Positions 54,102 to 64,000 of a stretch of DNA of 64,000 nucleotides are shown piece after piece. The position numbers were made by a program, and so were the translations under genes. The DNA is taken from NCBI GenBank assembly GCA_963805625.1, contig CAWDVE010000017.1, positions 448,001 to 512,000 of the forward strand. Direction: 5' to 3'. How positions within the stretch are numbered: the stretch's first letter is position 1; each line of letters starts with the position of its first letter. This DNA is from an uncultured Candidatus Rokubacteria bacterium. GTDB lineage: Bacteria > Methylomirabilota > Methylomirabilia > Rokubacteriales > DASRDR01. The notes under the pieces were generated by a model, which saw only the letters and a program-made list of their open reading frames with translations, searched no databases and had not been told where the DNA came from.

Positions 54102-54315
54102 ATGGGAAACGCCGACGGGCCACCAGGGGCAGGCGGGAGGTCGCCCTGGCTGCACGAGACGCTCTACGCGCGCCGCATCGTCCTCGTGACCGGCCGACTC
54201 GACGACGGCGTGGCGGCCCCGCGCCGCGGCCGCGCTCGTGAGCCTCGACGCGGCGGAAACGAGACGATCGAGGTCCATGTGGATAGCCCCGATGGCACGC
54301 TGGAGGCCGCCTCGG
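54102..54315 (+). pseudogene. ClpP-like protease fragment
   Basis: LYARRIVLVTGRLDD...IEVHVDSPDG. Confidence 0.55.
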
Positions 54316-54504
54316 AACGGGCAGTCCTTTGCAGTGCCAGCCGGGGTTCGGATGGAAGACCCCCGCCTCGCTCGCGTGGAAAACCTCGGCGATCCGCAGT
54401 TCGCCGAGGTCCTTCGTATTGTTGAATCGGTCGAGCCCACTCTGATGGATCTGATAGATGTCAGGGACGAGGAGAAGCTTCATGGGGGAACGATGCGTCC
54501 CCCG

Positions 54505-55077
54505 CCTGCGCGCCAGGACCACGAAGACGAACAGGACCTTGAACATCACGGTGGGGACGACGAAGAAGTCGACGGAGACGAGGGTCTGAAGGTGGTTCTC
54601 GAGAAAGGTTCGCCAGGTCTGCGATGGCGGCTTCCGATGGCGGACGACGTACTTGGACACTGTTGCCTGGGAAATCTCGATGCCCAGCTTCTGGAGCTCC
54701 CCGTGAATCCGCGGCGCGCCCCAGATGGGGTTCGCCGTGGACATCTGTCGGATGAGCGCTCGAACCTCCAGGGCGACGGCTGGGCGGCCTGGTCCGTTCC
54801 GGCGGCTCTTCCAGGTCCAGACGAGCTTGAAGCCGGTCCGCTGCCACCGGATCACCGTCGCGGGTTGGACGACGGAGATGGCATCCATCCAGCCGCTCCA
54901 CATACGGGACAGCAGGACCCACAACAGCCGGTCGGCCGTCCGCAGGCGTGGGCGCCGCGCGGTGCGCTGGAGGACGGCCAGTTGGTGCCGTAACGCGAGG
55001 TTCTCGAACACCAAGGAGCGCTGGGTCCTGACACCACGGAGGAGACCGATGAGGATGAGGGTGATCACGCCGGCCAT
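54505..55077 (-). pseudogene. Truncated integrase-core (rve) transposase
   Basis: ENLALRHQL, NPIWGAPRIHGEL, PPSQTWRTFL, SVDFF. Confidence 0.85.
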
Positions 55078-55139
55078 CATCGATCAGGCCGGCTGACAGT
55101 TCAACGTTGACGAGGCGGATGGAGTAAATAGAAGGCACA

Positions 55140-55364
55140 GGCGGCCCGATCTCTCGGCCGCCGTGGATGGGGAGCGTCACGGCCCGGCCATCGAGGTGGT
55201 TCCACCGCTGGTGGCTGCCGGTCTGTCGACGCCTGACGAAGCCGAGCTGACTGGCCACCCGCTGGAACTCCCGCGCGGTGGCGCTAGGCATTCACGATTT
55301 CGGTCGTGTCCTCTGGCAACAGGGCGCCCCGCTCCTGATACTCCTCGGCGATCATGTCGAAGAC
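55140..55364 (-). pseudogene. Partial diverged duplicate of hicB 3' end and hicA
   Basis: Direct repeat of 55796-56020 (offset 656). Confidence 0.85.
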
Positions 55365-55540
55365 ACGTCCTCACAACCGAGTTCCGCGAGGCCTTTGCCG
55401 CCCAGTGCCGAGCGCTCGGGTTCGACGGCACGGCCGTGTTCGTCCCGCACCCGGTCCAGAACCGGACGGCCGCCGAATTACACCGTATGGCGGAGGAGTC
55501 GGCGGCCGAGGTCGGCCACCAGATCACTTCTCTCACGTAG
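55365..55540 (+). pseudogene. UGSC-family protein C-terminal fragment
   Basis: TTEFREAFAAQCRALG...VPHPVQNRT. Confidence 0.5.
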
Positions 55541-55731
55541 GGGACTATTCGGTTCGCCGTTCAGATCGGCTACTGGTCACGCCCGTCCAACTATCTGAGC
55601 CCGTCCGTCCGCTTAGATCGGCCGCTGCGCGGCCCGATCCCGGCGAGGACCTCGTAGGCCCCCTGTGTCGTCGCCGATCGCCAGACGTACTCGTCCCGCC
55701 CGGCGGGTTCTGCCTGCCGGGGAGGCGAACT

Positions 55732-55947
55732 CTATCGGAGGCGCTCGAACTCCTCCAGGGAGAGGCCGAGTTGACGGAGGATCTTGTGGAAGAGGGGCGG
55801 CCCGATCTCTCGGCCACCATGGAGGGGAATCGTCACGGCCCGGCCATCGGGGTGATTCCATCGCTCGTGGCTTCCGGTCTGTCGACGCCTTGCGAAGCCG
55901 AGCTGACTGGCCACCCGCTGGAACTCCCGCGCGGTGGCGCTAGGCAT
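55732..55947 (-). CDS. hicA: HicA family toxin
   Basis: LGF...RQTGSH...VTIPLH...ILRQLGL. Confidence 0.92.
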   Translation of the reverse strand: MPSATAREFQRVASQLGFARRRQTGSHERWNHPDGRAVTIPLHGGREIGPPLFHKILRQLGLSLEEFERLR

Positions 55948-56161
55948 TCACGATTTCGGTCGTGTCCTCTGGCAGCGGGGCGCCACGCCCCTGATACTCC
56001 TCGGCGATCATGTCGAAGACGTGCGCCAGCTCCGCCAAGGCCTCTTCCCGCGTGGCCATCAGGGCGTAACAGCCGGAGATGGCGGGCACCTCGGCTACCC
56101 ACGAGCCATCATCTTGGCGATAGAGCACGATCTTGTAAGCGTCGAGCCCTGGGTAGCTCAT
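55940..56161 (-). CDS. hicB: HicB family antitoxin (short form)
   Basis: DDGSWVAEVPAISGC...TREEAL. Confidence 0.9.
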   Translation of the reverse strand: MSYPGLDAYKIVLYRQDDGSWVAEVPAISGCYALMATREEALAELAHVFDMIAEEYQGRGAPLPEDTTEIVNA

Positions 56162-57537
56162 GTCGAGAGAGTACCACGTCACAGACCCCTGGATCCTCGA
56201 GCGGTTCCGTCGGGTTGACGAATTGCCGCCTCAAGAGGCTGCGCCGGGAGACCACTGAAGTGAGTGTTCGGGCTGTGCGGACCGCTTCGACCACGCCCTG
56301 GAGCCGCTCGTGAGTCAAGGGGGCGACGTCGGCGAACTGTCCGTGTTTTGTCCGTGAACGCCTGCCGACCGGCCCCAACCAGCCCCAAGCGGGTGCCCGC
56401 GTAGCGTCCATCTTATATGGAGTTGGTTGGTGGGACTTGGCACCCGTCGCGCCCGGCGTTGCCCTCCGGCCTCCTGGCCCTCCAGGAGGCCGTTCAGTTT
56501 TGCCCGCCCGCGAATCTCCGCGCGTCGCTCATGCCCTGCCGAGAGTAGCGCCGTGAGGGTGAGTTCCCCGTCGAGGTGCTTGGCGGGTTCCACCTTCGCC
56601 CGCACCGGTTCCTGACGCAGGCAGATCGTCGAGGCGCTCGAGCCGAGCGAGAATCCACGCCGGATGCACCCGTGACGGGGCTCAGCGGTCGAACGCCGCG
56701 AAGCTTGCTGAGCTCCCAACGCGCGTCGTCTGACGCTCGGCGGCGGTCTCGAGGTGGGTGTTAACCATCCGCGTCAGCGTCTCGATCATTGGCGGGTCAT
56801 GGCGGGCAGGTCCTCATCACCTCCCGCGTCGCCGCCGCCGTCGAGGAGGTCGGCGCGCTCGCCCTGCGGGGCCTCACGAGGCCCGTCGTCACGCTCAACG
56901 TCTCGGGCTGAAACGCCAGCCCTAATCCGTCTCGACGTCCACGGCGGCCGCGGGGCGGCCTGCGCCCGGCACCGCCAGGGGTCGATACGCGCCCGGTCCG
57001 CCAGCCCGAGCCTCGTCCGCGGTCGCCGCGTCCCGCGAATTGCCCGCACCGCGAGGCCGCGGCCACTTCCCGGCCCCCGGATTCGCGGGCAGCCGGTGCG
57101 TGAATGGCAGAAGCTCGGCTATCATCTGGACACTCCTTCGGACGATCCCGTACGAGTGCCCCGACAGAGAGTCGCGACGAGGCAGAGAATCGTGCCGCCC
57201 ACCGCCCCTCACGTGCAGGGTCTCGACGGGTTGCCGGGTGCGCTCCTCGCCGTACGCTGATTGTGACGTTCTATCAGATCCGGCCTGCGATGGTGCTCGT
57301 CGAGCGCGGAGGCCGGACGCGTCCGGCCTTCCGCGTCATGGCAGTCGGCGGAGCCAAGTACCGAGGTCCGGATCTCATGCTCCGGGAGGCTCGGGGGAAG
57401 CGTCGGTGATCTGGCCGGGCGTCGCGCTCACGTGCAGGCGACGCTGACGGACGGCACCCGCGCAGTCACTAGGAACGAGGCCCGGTACCGGGCCAGACTC
57501 GGGGAGCGGCGCAGCGCCGGAGGGAAACCAGGAAGCC

Positions 57538-59472
57538 ATGTGCGGGATTGCCGGGGTCGCGTGGGCGGATGGGCGCCGCCCCGGCGAAGCTACGCTGGTC
57601 GAGCCCATGGCCGCCGTCCTCCAACACCGGGGCCCCGACGGGAGCGGAGTCCACCTGGGCCCGGGCATCGGCCTGGCCGTCCGACGCCTGGCCATCATCG
57701 ACCTCGCCACCGGAGAGCAGCCGATCGCGAGCGAGGACGGCACGGTAGTGGTGGTCTGCAACGGTGAGATCTACAACCACGTGGAGCTCCGCGCCGAGCT
57801 CGCAGCCAGGGGGCACCGCTTCCGCTCGGCCTCGGACGTCGAGGTCATCGTCCACCTGTACGAGGACTTTGGGCTCGAGTGCGTCCGGCGCCTCCGCGGG
57901 ATGTTCGCCTTTGCGCTCTGGGACGCGGCGCGGCGGCGCCTCTGGCTGGTCCGCGACCGATTCGGGATCAAGCCCCTCCACTATGCCCTGACCGGGGAGG
58001 GGCTCTACTTCGGGTCTGAGCTCAAGGCCATCCTCGCCGCCGGCATCGAGCCGGGGGCGCTCGACGTTCGCGCCCTGGACGAGCTGTTCCGCCTGGGCTT
58101 CGTGCCCGACCCCCGGACGCTGTTCCGCGCCGTCCGCCGCCTCGGGGCTGGCCACTGGCTGCTCTACGAGGAGGGGCGGATCAAGGAGCAGACCTACTGG
58201 CGGTACCGCGATGCCGTCACGCCGGATCATGGCGGAAGCGAAGGCGCGTGGGCCGAGCGGTTGCGAGACAAGCTCGAGGAGACGGTGCGCCTCCACCTGC
58301 GTTCCGACGTGCCGGTAGGCGCCTGGCTGAGCGGCGGAATCGACTCGAGCGCCGTCGTGAGCCTGGCCCGGGGCATCGCCGGCCCGCTTCCCACGTTCAC
58401 ACTCACCTTCGATGAAGCGGCGTACAACGAGACACGGGGCGAGCGCACGCTGGATCGGGTGCCGGGTCACGAGCTTCCCAACGAGCGGATCGCGTGCGAC
58501 CGCCGGCTCCTCGAGCGCTACCCCGAGGCGCTCTGGCAGACCGAGACCCCGGCGGGAGGCGTGCTGGGGCTGCTCCGCTTGGTCCTGTCGGAAGCGGCGG
58601 CCCGGCGCGTGAAGGTCGTGCTCACGGGCGAGGGGGCGGACGAGGTGTTCGGCGGCTACCTGTGGTTCCTGATCGATCGGCTCACAAGCCCCCTCGCCGC
58701 GCTTCCGGCGCTTCTCCGGCGAGCGGTCCTGCTCGCGCCGCTCGGCGCAGCCCGGCGATCGTACGCCCGTCGTCTCCTGCTGGGGCCGCGGGCCATGGGC
58801 GTCGAGCGCTACGCTCGCCTGATCGGTCCCCTGGGCGGGGAGCGGCGACACACGGTCTTCTCGGCCGAGATGCGGGGTCAGCTGCGCGACAGCGCCGACG
58901 CCGATGGCGGCCCGGCCCCCGGGCAGCTGGCCGGGTACGGGCGCTTCGTCCATCTCCAAGAGCTCGATCTGGATCTCCGCCTTCCGGCCTACATCAATCT
59001 CACGCTGGACGCTGCGAGCATGGCGTACGGCCTCGAGGCGCGAGTCCCCTTCCTCGACCACGAGCTGGTCGAGCTGTGCGCGCGGATCCCGCCCTCGCTG
59101 AAGCTGCGCGGCCTGCGAGAGAAGCACATCCTGCGGCGCGCCCTCGCCGGTGCGCTGCCCGACGACATCCGCTGGCGACGAAAGCGCCCGCTGATGGCAC
59201 CCCTCGATGCCTGGCTCCGCGGTTCGCTTCCGTCCTTCGCGGAGGAGCTTCTGTCGCCGACACGGTTGCGGGCGACCGGTTACTTCGAGCCTGCCGCCGT
59301 CGAGCGTCTGGTTGCCGAGGTGCGGGCGGGCAGGGGTTTCGACGCCCGTATCCTGCTGATGGTGCTGGGCGTGGAGCTCTGGGACGCGCTTTTCCGCCGC
59401 CGCGTCGCCTCCCCGCAGCCGGTGACGGCCCGACCGTCCGCGCCCGGAGGCGCCGGCCCGGCGGGGCGCTGA
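57538..59472 (+). CDS. asnB: Asparagine synthase-like glutamine amidotransferase
   Basis: MCGIAG, HRGPD, NGEIYN, LSGGIDSS, GEGADE, EARVPFLD. Confidence 0.93.
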   Translation: MCGIAGVAWADGRRPGEATLVEPMAAVLQHRGPDGSGVHLGPGIGLAVRRLAIIDLATGEQPIASEDGTVVVVCNGEIYNHVELRAELAARGHRFRSASDVEVIVHLYEDFGLECVRRLRGMFAFALWDAARRRLWLVRDRFGIKPLHYALTGEGLYFGSELKAILAAGIEPGALDVRALDELFRLGFVPDPRTLFRAVRRLGAGHWLLYEEGRIKEQTYWRYRDAVTPDHGGSEGAWAERLRDKLEETVRLHLRSDVPVGAWLSGGIDSSAVVSLARGIAGPLPTFTLTFDEAAYNETRGERTLDRVPGHELPNERIACDRRLLERYPEALWQTETPAGGVLGLLRLVLSEAAARRVKVVLTGEGADEVFGGYLWFLIDRLTSPLAALPALLRRAVLLAPLGAARRSYARRLLLGPRAMGVERYARLIGPLGGERRHTVFSAEMRGQLRDSADADGGPAPGQLAGYGRFVHLQELDLDLRLPAYINLTLDAASMAYGLEARVPFLDHELVELCARIPPSLKLRGLREKHILRRALAGALPDDIRWRRKRPLMAPLDAWLRGSLPSFAEELLSPTRLRATGYFEPAAVERLVAEVRAGRGFDARILLMVLGVELWDALFRRRVASPQPVTARPSAPGGAGPAGR

Positions 59473-59501
59473 GTGCCGGCGGGGCGGGCGCGCCCTGGAG
59501 G

Positions 59502-61055
59502 TCAGCGCTCCGTGGTGCTCAGGTGCAGGATCTTGCCGGCGCCGGTGACGACCGGCGGCCGACGCTCCACGCGCAGGAGGCGGGCCTGGCGCCACGCGAG
59601 TCCCATGACGCGCTCGGCGCCGGCGCCGTCGCTCACGGCCGCGAGGAAGGCTTCGGCCACGGCTTCGCCGGGCACGTCGCCGACGCGCGGGTGGACGAGC
59701 AGCCGCAGCACCGATCGGCCGTCGGGGCCCTCCTCCTCGACCAGCTGGTAGTCGGCGGGCCCGCCGCCGAAGCGGTCGGGCAGGAGCTCCTCGAGCACCC
59801 GCACCAGGTCGGAGTCGAGAAAGGTCATGCCGGCCGCGGTCAGCTTCTCCACGCTGCGGATCCCACGGAGGTGCGTGACCCAGTCCAGTCGCTCCATCGG
59901 GCAGCCGCAATCGCGGCGCCCGAGGATCGCACGGTCGCCGAGCGAGACGTTGAAGAGTACGAGCGGGGCCGTCATCCGGAGGGAGGAGACGAGCAGATCG
60001 GCGTCGGGGCGCTGGACGAGCAGGTGGAGGTCGTGGAGCAGATGGATCTCGTCGGGCGCCTCGGGCCGGAGGCAGCCATGGCCGATCGGCCCGCACTCGA
60101 TGCTGGAGTACCGCGGCCGGGCATCCACGCCGGCCCGCTGGATGGCTGCGAGGCGTGCCCGGGTGGTCGGCTCCCCTCCCATGGTCATCCGGGCGCCTTC
60201 GATGTCGACGCGCGCATCGAGAGCGGCCTGGCAGATTCGAACGGCCGAGGTCGGAAATGTCTGAAGGAACGGGATCTGCCCGGAGCGCAGCACGTCGGCC
60301 ATCCACCGGACGATGGGGAGCGGGTCCTCCAGGCTCACGAACTCGGGGGCGGGGAGCGGTCGACCGGCGAGACGGGCGCCCCACCGGAGGCCAGTCACGC
60401 TCCATCCGTAGCGGGCATCGAGCCCGGGCGTCCGCGGATCGATCTGAGAAAACCAGCGCACCACCGGGTCGCCGAAGGCGCTCAGGCGGAGGACCACGAC
60501 GGTCGCGGACGCCCCAGGCACGCCCCAGTACGCCTTCAGCCAATCTTCGCCGCCACGCGCGTCGAGCGCCAGACGAGTGTCGATGCCGCAGTCGCGCAGG
60601 TAGTCAAGGGCTACGAGGACGGGCGTCGGAGTGCCACGGCTCCCGCTGCTCCGTCCGGGCACGTCGCGGGCGCAGAAGGGATTCGTGAAGGTCCGAGGAT
60701 CCAGCATGACGCGGGTGCTGCCACGGACGACCGGGCGCCGGCCCTTGAACTCGTCCACGGTGAGGTAGACATCCCGGTCGGCCAGCGCGGCGAGCGCGCC
60801 TTCCGGACCATCCGCCCGGACGAGTCGCTCGAGATCTCCGTATTCGCACCCGGCCATGCGGAGCAGAGCGCGGTAGGGGCTTACGGCGTGGCCGTAGATC
60901 AACCGCCGGACGAGCGCGAGGAAGTCGGCCTCCCGGCGCTCGAGGCGATCGTGCAGCGTCGCCCGCGCCTCCTCGGCGGTGATGGGGCTCCGGAGAAACG
61001 CCGGGAGTCGACGCAGGAGACGAACGCCTGCCCGGATGTCCGCGACGTCCAGCAT
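59502..61055 (-). CDS. Adenylate-forming (phenylacetate-CoA ligase-like) protein
   Basis: SSGSRG, GGEP, YSSIECG, LGD, CGCP. Confidence 0.7.
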   Translation of the reverse strand: MLDVADIRAGVRLLRRLPAFLRSPITAEEARATLHDRLERREADFLALVRRLIYGHAVSPYRALLRMAGCEYGDLERLVRADGPEGALAALADRDVYLTVDEFKGRRPVVRGSTRVMLDPRTFTNPFCARDVPGRSSGSRGTPTPVLVALDYLRDCGIDTRLALDARGGEDWLKAYWGVPGASATVVVLRLSAFGDPVVRWFSQIDPRTPGLDARYGWSVTGLRWGARLAGRPLPAPEFVSLEDPLPIVRWMADVLRSGQIPFLQTFPTSAVRICQAALDARVDIEGARMTMGGEPTTRARLAAIQRAGVDARPRYSSIECGPIGHGCLRPEAPDEIHLLHDLHLLVQRPDADLLVSSLRMTAPLVLFNVSLGDRAILGRRDCGCPMERLDWVTHLRGIRSVEKLTAAGMTFLDSDLVRVLEELLPDRFGGGPADYQLVEEEGPDGRSVLRLLVHPRVGDVPGEAVAEAFLAAVSDGAGAERVMGLAWRQARLLRVERRPPVVTGAGKILHLSTTER

Positions 61056-61313
61056 CAGCGGGCATCCTGACCGCGCGCTCGTGGCGCGGCGCCACGTGCT
61101 CCGAGCATGGGAAACTATCGCCAACCCGTAGGCATCCAGTCAATGAGGCCGTGGTTAACTCCCAGCGGTCGCTCGACCGGCCTCGACACACTCTGCCGGG
61201 GACGCGCTAGTGACCCCAAGAGGAGGGACCCAGACGCCGTATGGCCATCTCCCCGGTCCGATCCCCGTGTGACATGGGAACTCAGGCGCCGCATTCAACC
61301 CGGGCGGCGCGGG

Positions 61314-62081
61314 TCACCGCTCGACGTAGCCGGGTAGAATCCGGTGAGCGGGACCTAACCCCAGCGTGCCGGGCGTCCCATCGCGGAGAAGGATCTCCTC
61401 GCAGAGGGCGACGTCGCCATCGTGGGTCCACGGGCCGCGGCACGATTCCGCGTACCGGATCGCCTCGGCCTTCTTCCCCAGGGCGGCCAGCGCCTTCACA
61501 GCCCAGCGCCTGTAGGGCCAGATGGTGTCGGCTTGAAGGATGTCGACGATCTCCGCGTAACGCTCCGCACGGTAGAGCGCGCTGAGGCATGCGGACGTTC
61601 CGTGGAAGTGACCGCGCAGGTCTTTGTCCGGGCTGAGCGCCATGCGCGTGATACCAACCAGGCGGTCCGCCCACGTCGAGGCGACCTCGTTTGAGGCGCA
61701 GAGCTCGCCCCAATAGTCGGCGAGCCTCTCGACATACGGGATCTCGTCTGCCTCGTGCGCCGTCCACAGGCGCTCGAGCCAGGTCTCGCGCCTCTCGGGA
61801 TCGGCGGGCGCGCCTGCGATGATCGGAACGAGCGCGGTGATCGCGTTGTTGACCGCGGTTCCGATCGCGCCCGAGGAGCTGTCGACGTGCTCGAGCGCCG
61901 GCGAGAGGCGCTCGAGCAGGGTCACGGCGCCGTCGGCGGCGAGCGCCGGGTCGCCGCGCGCGACCCTCTTGATCTCGCTCACCGCCTGCTTCACGCGCTG
62001 GGTAGCGGGCTGCGACTTCCAACCAAAGGCGTGACGTCGGAAGCGCGCCTTGAACTCCCACTTGTGGCCGTCAGCCTTCAT
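61314..62081 (-). CDS. Hypothetical helical-repeat protein (possibly truncated)
   Basis: Coherent ORF, VDSSSGAIG motif. Confidence 0.7.
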   Translation of the reverse strand: MKADGHKWEFKARFRRHAFGWKSQPATQRVKQAVSEIKRVARGDPALAADGAVTLLERLSPALEHVDSSSGAIGTAVNNAITALVPIIAGAPADPERRETWLERLWTAHEADEIPYVERLADYWGELCASNEVASTWADRLVGITRMALSPDKDLRGHFHGTSACLSALYRAERYAEIVDILQADTIWPYRRWAVKALAALGKKAEAIRYAESCRGPWTHDGDVALCEEILLRDGTPGTLGLGPAHRILPGYVER

Positions 62082-62366
62082 CGTCGCGGGATGCATGATT
62101 TCTGCGAAAACCGCTCTTTTTGCCTGAAGCCTGAATCCGCGCTGGGAAGCGATCTCGCTCTGTTCAACGGGGACCGACCTTCCGACGGAGGCACATCGAT
62201 CGGAATCTTCGCATGGTGGTCGCGTCGAGGAGGCGCGCGGGCAATCGCACCTTCAAGACACGGGTGCCCCAATTGGCGAGGGAGAGGAATGCGTCAAAGC
62301 ACTTCTCCATCCAGGCGTTCTCATCGCCCTTGAAGTTACCCCAGGAGTAGTCGTTGTTCCGGACGA

Positions 62367-63206
62367 TTACAGCCGGGGCGTGGGGGGTGTCAACCCCGGC
62401 CCGGCCCAGGCGGCCTCGAGGGCTTCGGTGCCACGCCCCAGCTTCGCGAGGAGGGCGCGCTTCAGCTCGGCGAGATCATGTCCCGCCATTGAGCTGTTGG
62501 GTGTCTTCGTCGCGAGCTCGATCCCGCGCTCTACCCACGACAGCGCGTGGTCGGCTCTGCGCCGAGTGACAAGCATGGTCGCGAGAGCGTGACAATCCGC
62601 CGCTGTGAGGCCCGTCTCTTCGGCGAGCTCCCGGTAGGCCTCGACGTTCTTCTGCGCCACGTAGAGCGTGCGGAGGATCTCGCCCCAGCGCCGGCGCGCG
62701 TAGTCGGGATTGTGCCTGAACGACTCGCCCGGAGCCGGCGTTGCGGTCGCGGCCGCGTCGAGGCGCTCCCGGATCACCTTCACGAACGCCGCAAGCCCGG
62801 CCGTGTCGAGCACCTTGGCCGCGTCCTTCTCGAGGTGCGCGCAAAAGCCGTAGGGGTCGTCTTTCATCCACCCGAGTAGGCGAGTCGCCGTCTCAACCGG
62901 ATCGGCGCCGGCCGCTTGCCGAGCCTTGATCCAGTCGCAGTAGAGCTCGGCGACGAACTGGCCGAAGCTTCCGCTCGAGTCGTCGATCTCCTCGGCCTTC
63001 TCGTGGCAGCCTGCGAGGAACGTCTCGTAGAGAGCCACGGCTTGAGCGGGAGCAGCCGGGATGAGCTTCGCGAGCTCGTGCTCGACGGTCCCGAGTTCGC
63101 CGACGAAGGACAAGTTGGCGTCGTAGGAGACGAAACGTCCTGGCGCGAGCGCCGTCTCGATCAGGCGCTCCATCTGGCTGGTTATGGCGCGAGGGGGCCT
63201 CTTCAT
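62367..63206 (-). CDS. Hypothetical TPR-like protein (possibly truncated)
   Basis: ATGA overlap with upstream gene, IDDSSGSFG motif. Confidence 0.72.
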   Translation of the reverse strand: MKRPPRAITSQMERLIETALAPGRFVSYDANLSFVGELGTVEHELAKLIPAAPAQAVALYETFLAGCHEKAEEIDDSSGSFGQFVAELYCDWIKARQAAGADPVETATRLLGWMKDDPYGFCAHLEKDAAKVLDTAGLAAFVKVIRERLDAAATATPAPGESFRHNPDYARRRWGEILRTLYVAQKNVEAYRELAEETGLTAADCHALATMLVTRRRADHALSWVERGIELATKTPNSSMAGHDLAELKRALLAKLGRGTEALEAAWAGPGLTPPTPRL

Positions 63207-63625
63207 CGAAGGCCTCGCTTCGTCCTCAGGCGCGTCTTCGCCGTGGGCTGCTCCTCGTCTTGGACGGGAATTGCCTTGAAGCCCGAGTCGTCGCCTTGGT
63301 GAAAGTAGATGTGTCCGATCAGAGAGCCATCCTTCTGGAGATTCACCCAGCCTTGGCCCCCCGCGGGATCGCACTCGTCGTTGCCGTCCCAGGTGAAGTC
63401 GACGTGGGGCCGACCGTTCTGCTGCCCGTGCCGGCAGTCCATCCACCCATCGACGGCTATGAAGCGGAACTGGCCTTCCTCGCCCTTGAACTCGATGAAG
63501 GCGGGCCCGAGGAGATCAATCGCCTCCTGGTCCCAGAGGTCCATCTCCGTGATGCGCCACCTGCCGGAAATGTTGGTCTTTGCCGCGGAGGTGGCCTTGG
63601 CTCGACTCGGTAGCCGCGTCGTCAT
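63203..63625 (-). CDS. Conserved hypothetical beta-barrel-like protein
   Basis: GRWRITEMDLWD...FTWDGNDECD...HQGDDSGF. Confidence 0.75.
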   Translation of the reverse strand: MTTRLPSRAKATSAAKTNISGRWRITEMDLWDQEAIDLLGPAFIEFKGEEGQFRFIAVDGWMDCRHGQQNGRPHVDFTWDGNDECDPAGGQGWVNLQKDGSLIGHIYFHQGDDSGFKAIPVQDEEQPTAKTRLRTKRGLR

Positions 63626-63709
63626 GCGACCTCTGACTCGCTTGCCGTCGTCCATTCGTCGGCGATCTGCGTCGGCACCACCACCAGGCGTGCTCCCTGT
63701 CCTCTTCCG

Positions 63710-63946
63710 TCACGCGGCGGCCTCGTACTCGCGAACCGCGAGCTCGACTCCGGCCGCCCGGAGTTCCTCGGTAATCGACTCGACGCGCTCGGCTGTGTCC
63801 TCGGTGAGGTAACCCTCCCCACAGTTGACGCAGCGTTCGGCGGGGACGGAGCGAATCACCGCCACGGCGCCATTCCCGCCCAGCTCCAGCATGACGGTCA
63901 TCGTTCCTGGCCGAGTCTCCCCGCTGCGGCAGATGACGCACTTCAT
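63710..63946 (-). CDS. YgiT/MqsA-type zinc finger antitoxin
   Basis: MKCVIC...VPAERCVNCGE. Confidence 0.9.
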   Translation of the reverse strand: MKCVICRSGETRPGTMTVMLELGGNGAVAVIRSVPAERCVNCGEGYLTEDTAERVESITEELRAAGVELAVREYEAAA

Positions 63947-63999
63947 CTGACTGGCCTCCTGCGTTGGAACCCCGGTTCCCACTGCTCCGGGTCCGGCTC
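63943..63999 (-). CDS. 3' end of DUF4258-like toxin (partial)
   Basis: EPDPEQWEPGFQRRR*, ATGA overlap with the zinc finger gene. Confidence 0.65.
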   Translation of the reverse strand, partial: EPDPEQWEPGFQRRRPVR

Positions 64000-64000
64000 G

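Noticed and set aside
56400-57500. Short ORFs between hicB and asnB
   Set aside because: No recognisable motifs or consistent RBS; likely decayed fragments
57290-61055. asnB as lasso-peptide cyclase with a nearby precursor
   Set aside because: Intact N-terminal Cys glutaminase domain, no B1/B2 genes or precursor motif; fits glycan amidotransferase context better

Overview
High-GC window. The gene repertoire (sigma54-AAA-TPR fusion, DRRxxERR proteins, ABC substrate-binding remnant) suggests Ca. Rokubacteria/Methylomirabilota; this assignment is inference only. 1-21.9 kb is mostly core genome: a 705-bp-repeat surface protein, then pheST-zapBA-6S RNA-rny-ymdB-folD-xseAB-ispA-eno-ftsB, a GT2 and a large sigma54 activator. 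At tRNA-fMet (21941-22017) a layered accessory region starts. It holds a decayed tyrosine-integrase island (PEP-CTERM gene, prsK/prsR, an IS1634 carrying DUF6788) closed by a tRNA 3' repeat, and a large serine recombinase whose C-terminus reads into that repeat once a second IS1634 is removed. Next come P450 and drmB remnants and an IS110 with a readable two-loop bridge-RNA region. A roughly mirror-arranged 14-kb cassette follows: PxKF subtilase, PilZ, two-component system, membrane-anchored PilB, four minor pilins, and two paralogous unknown proteins that each follow a PxKF domain. The window ends with TA modules, asnB and unknown helical-repeat proteins. All family calls are by motif recognition, not database search. 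Some frameshifts may be sequencing indels.
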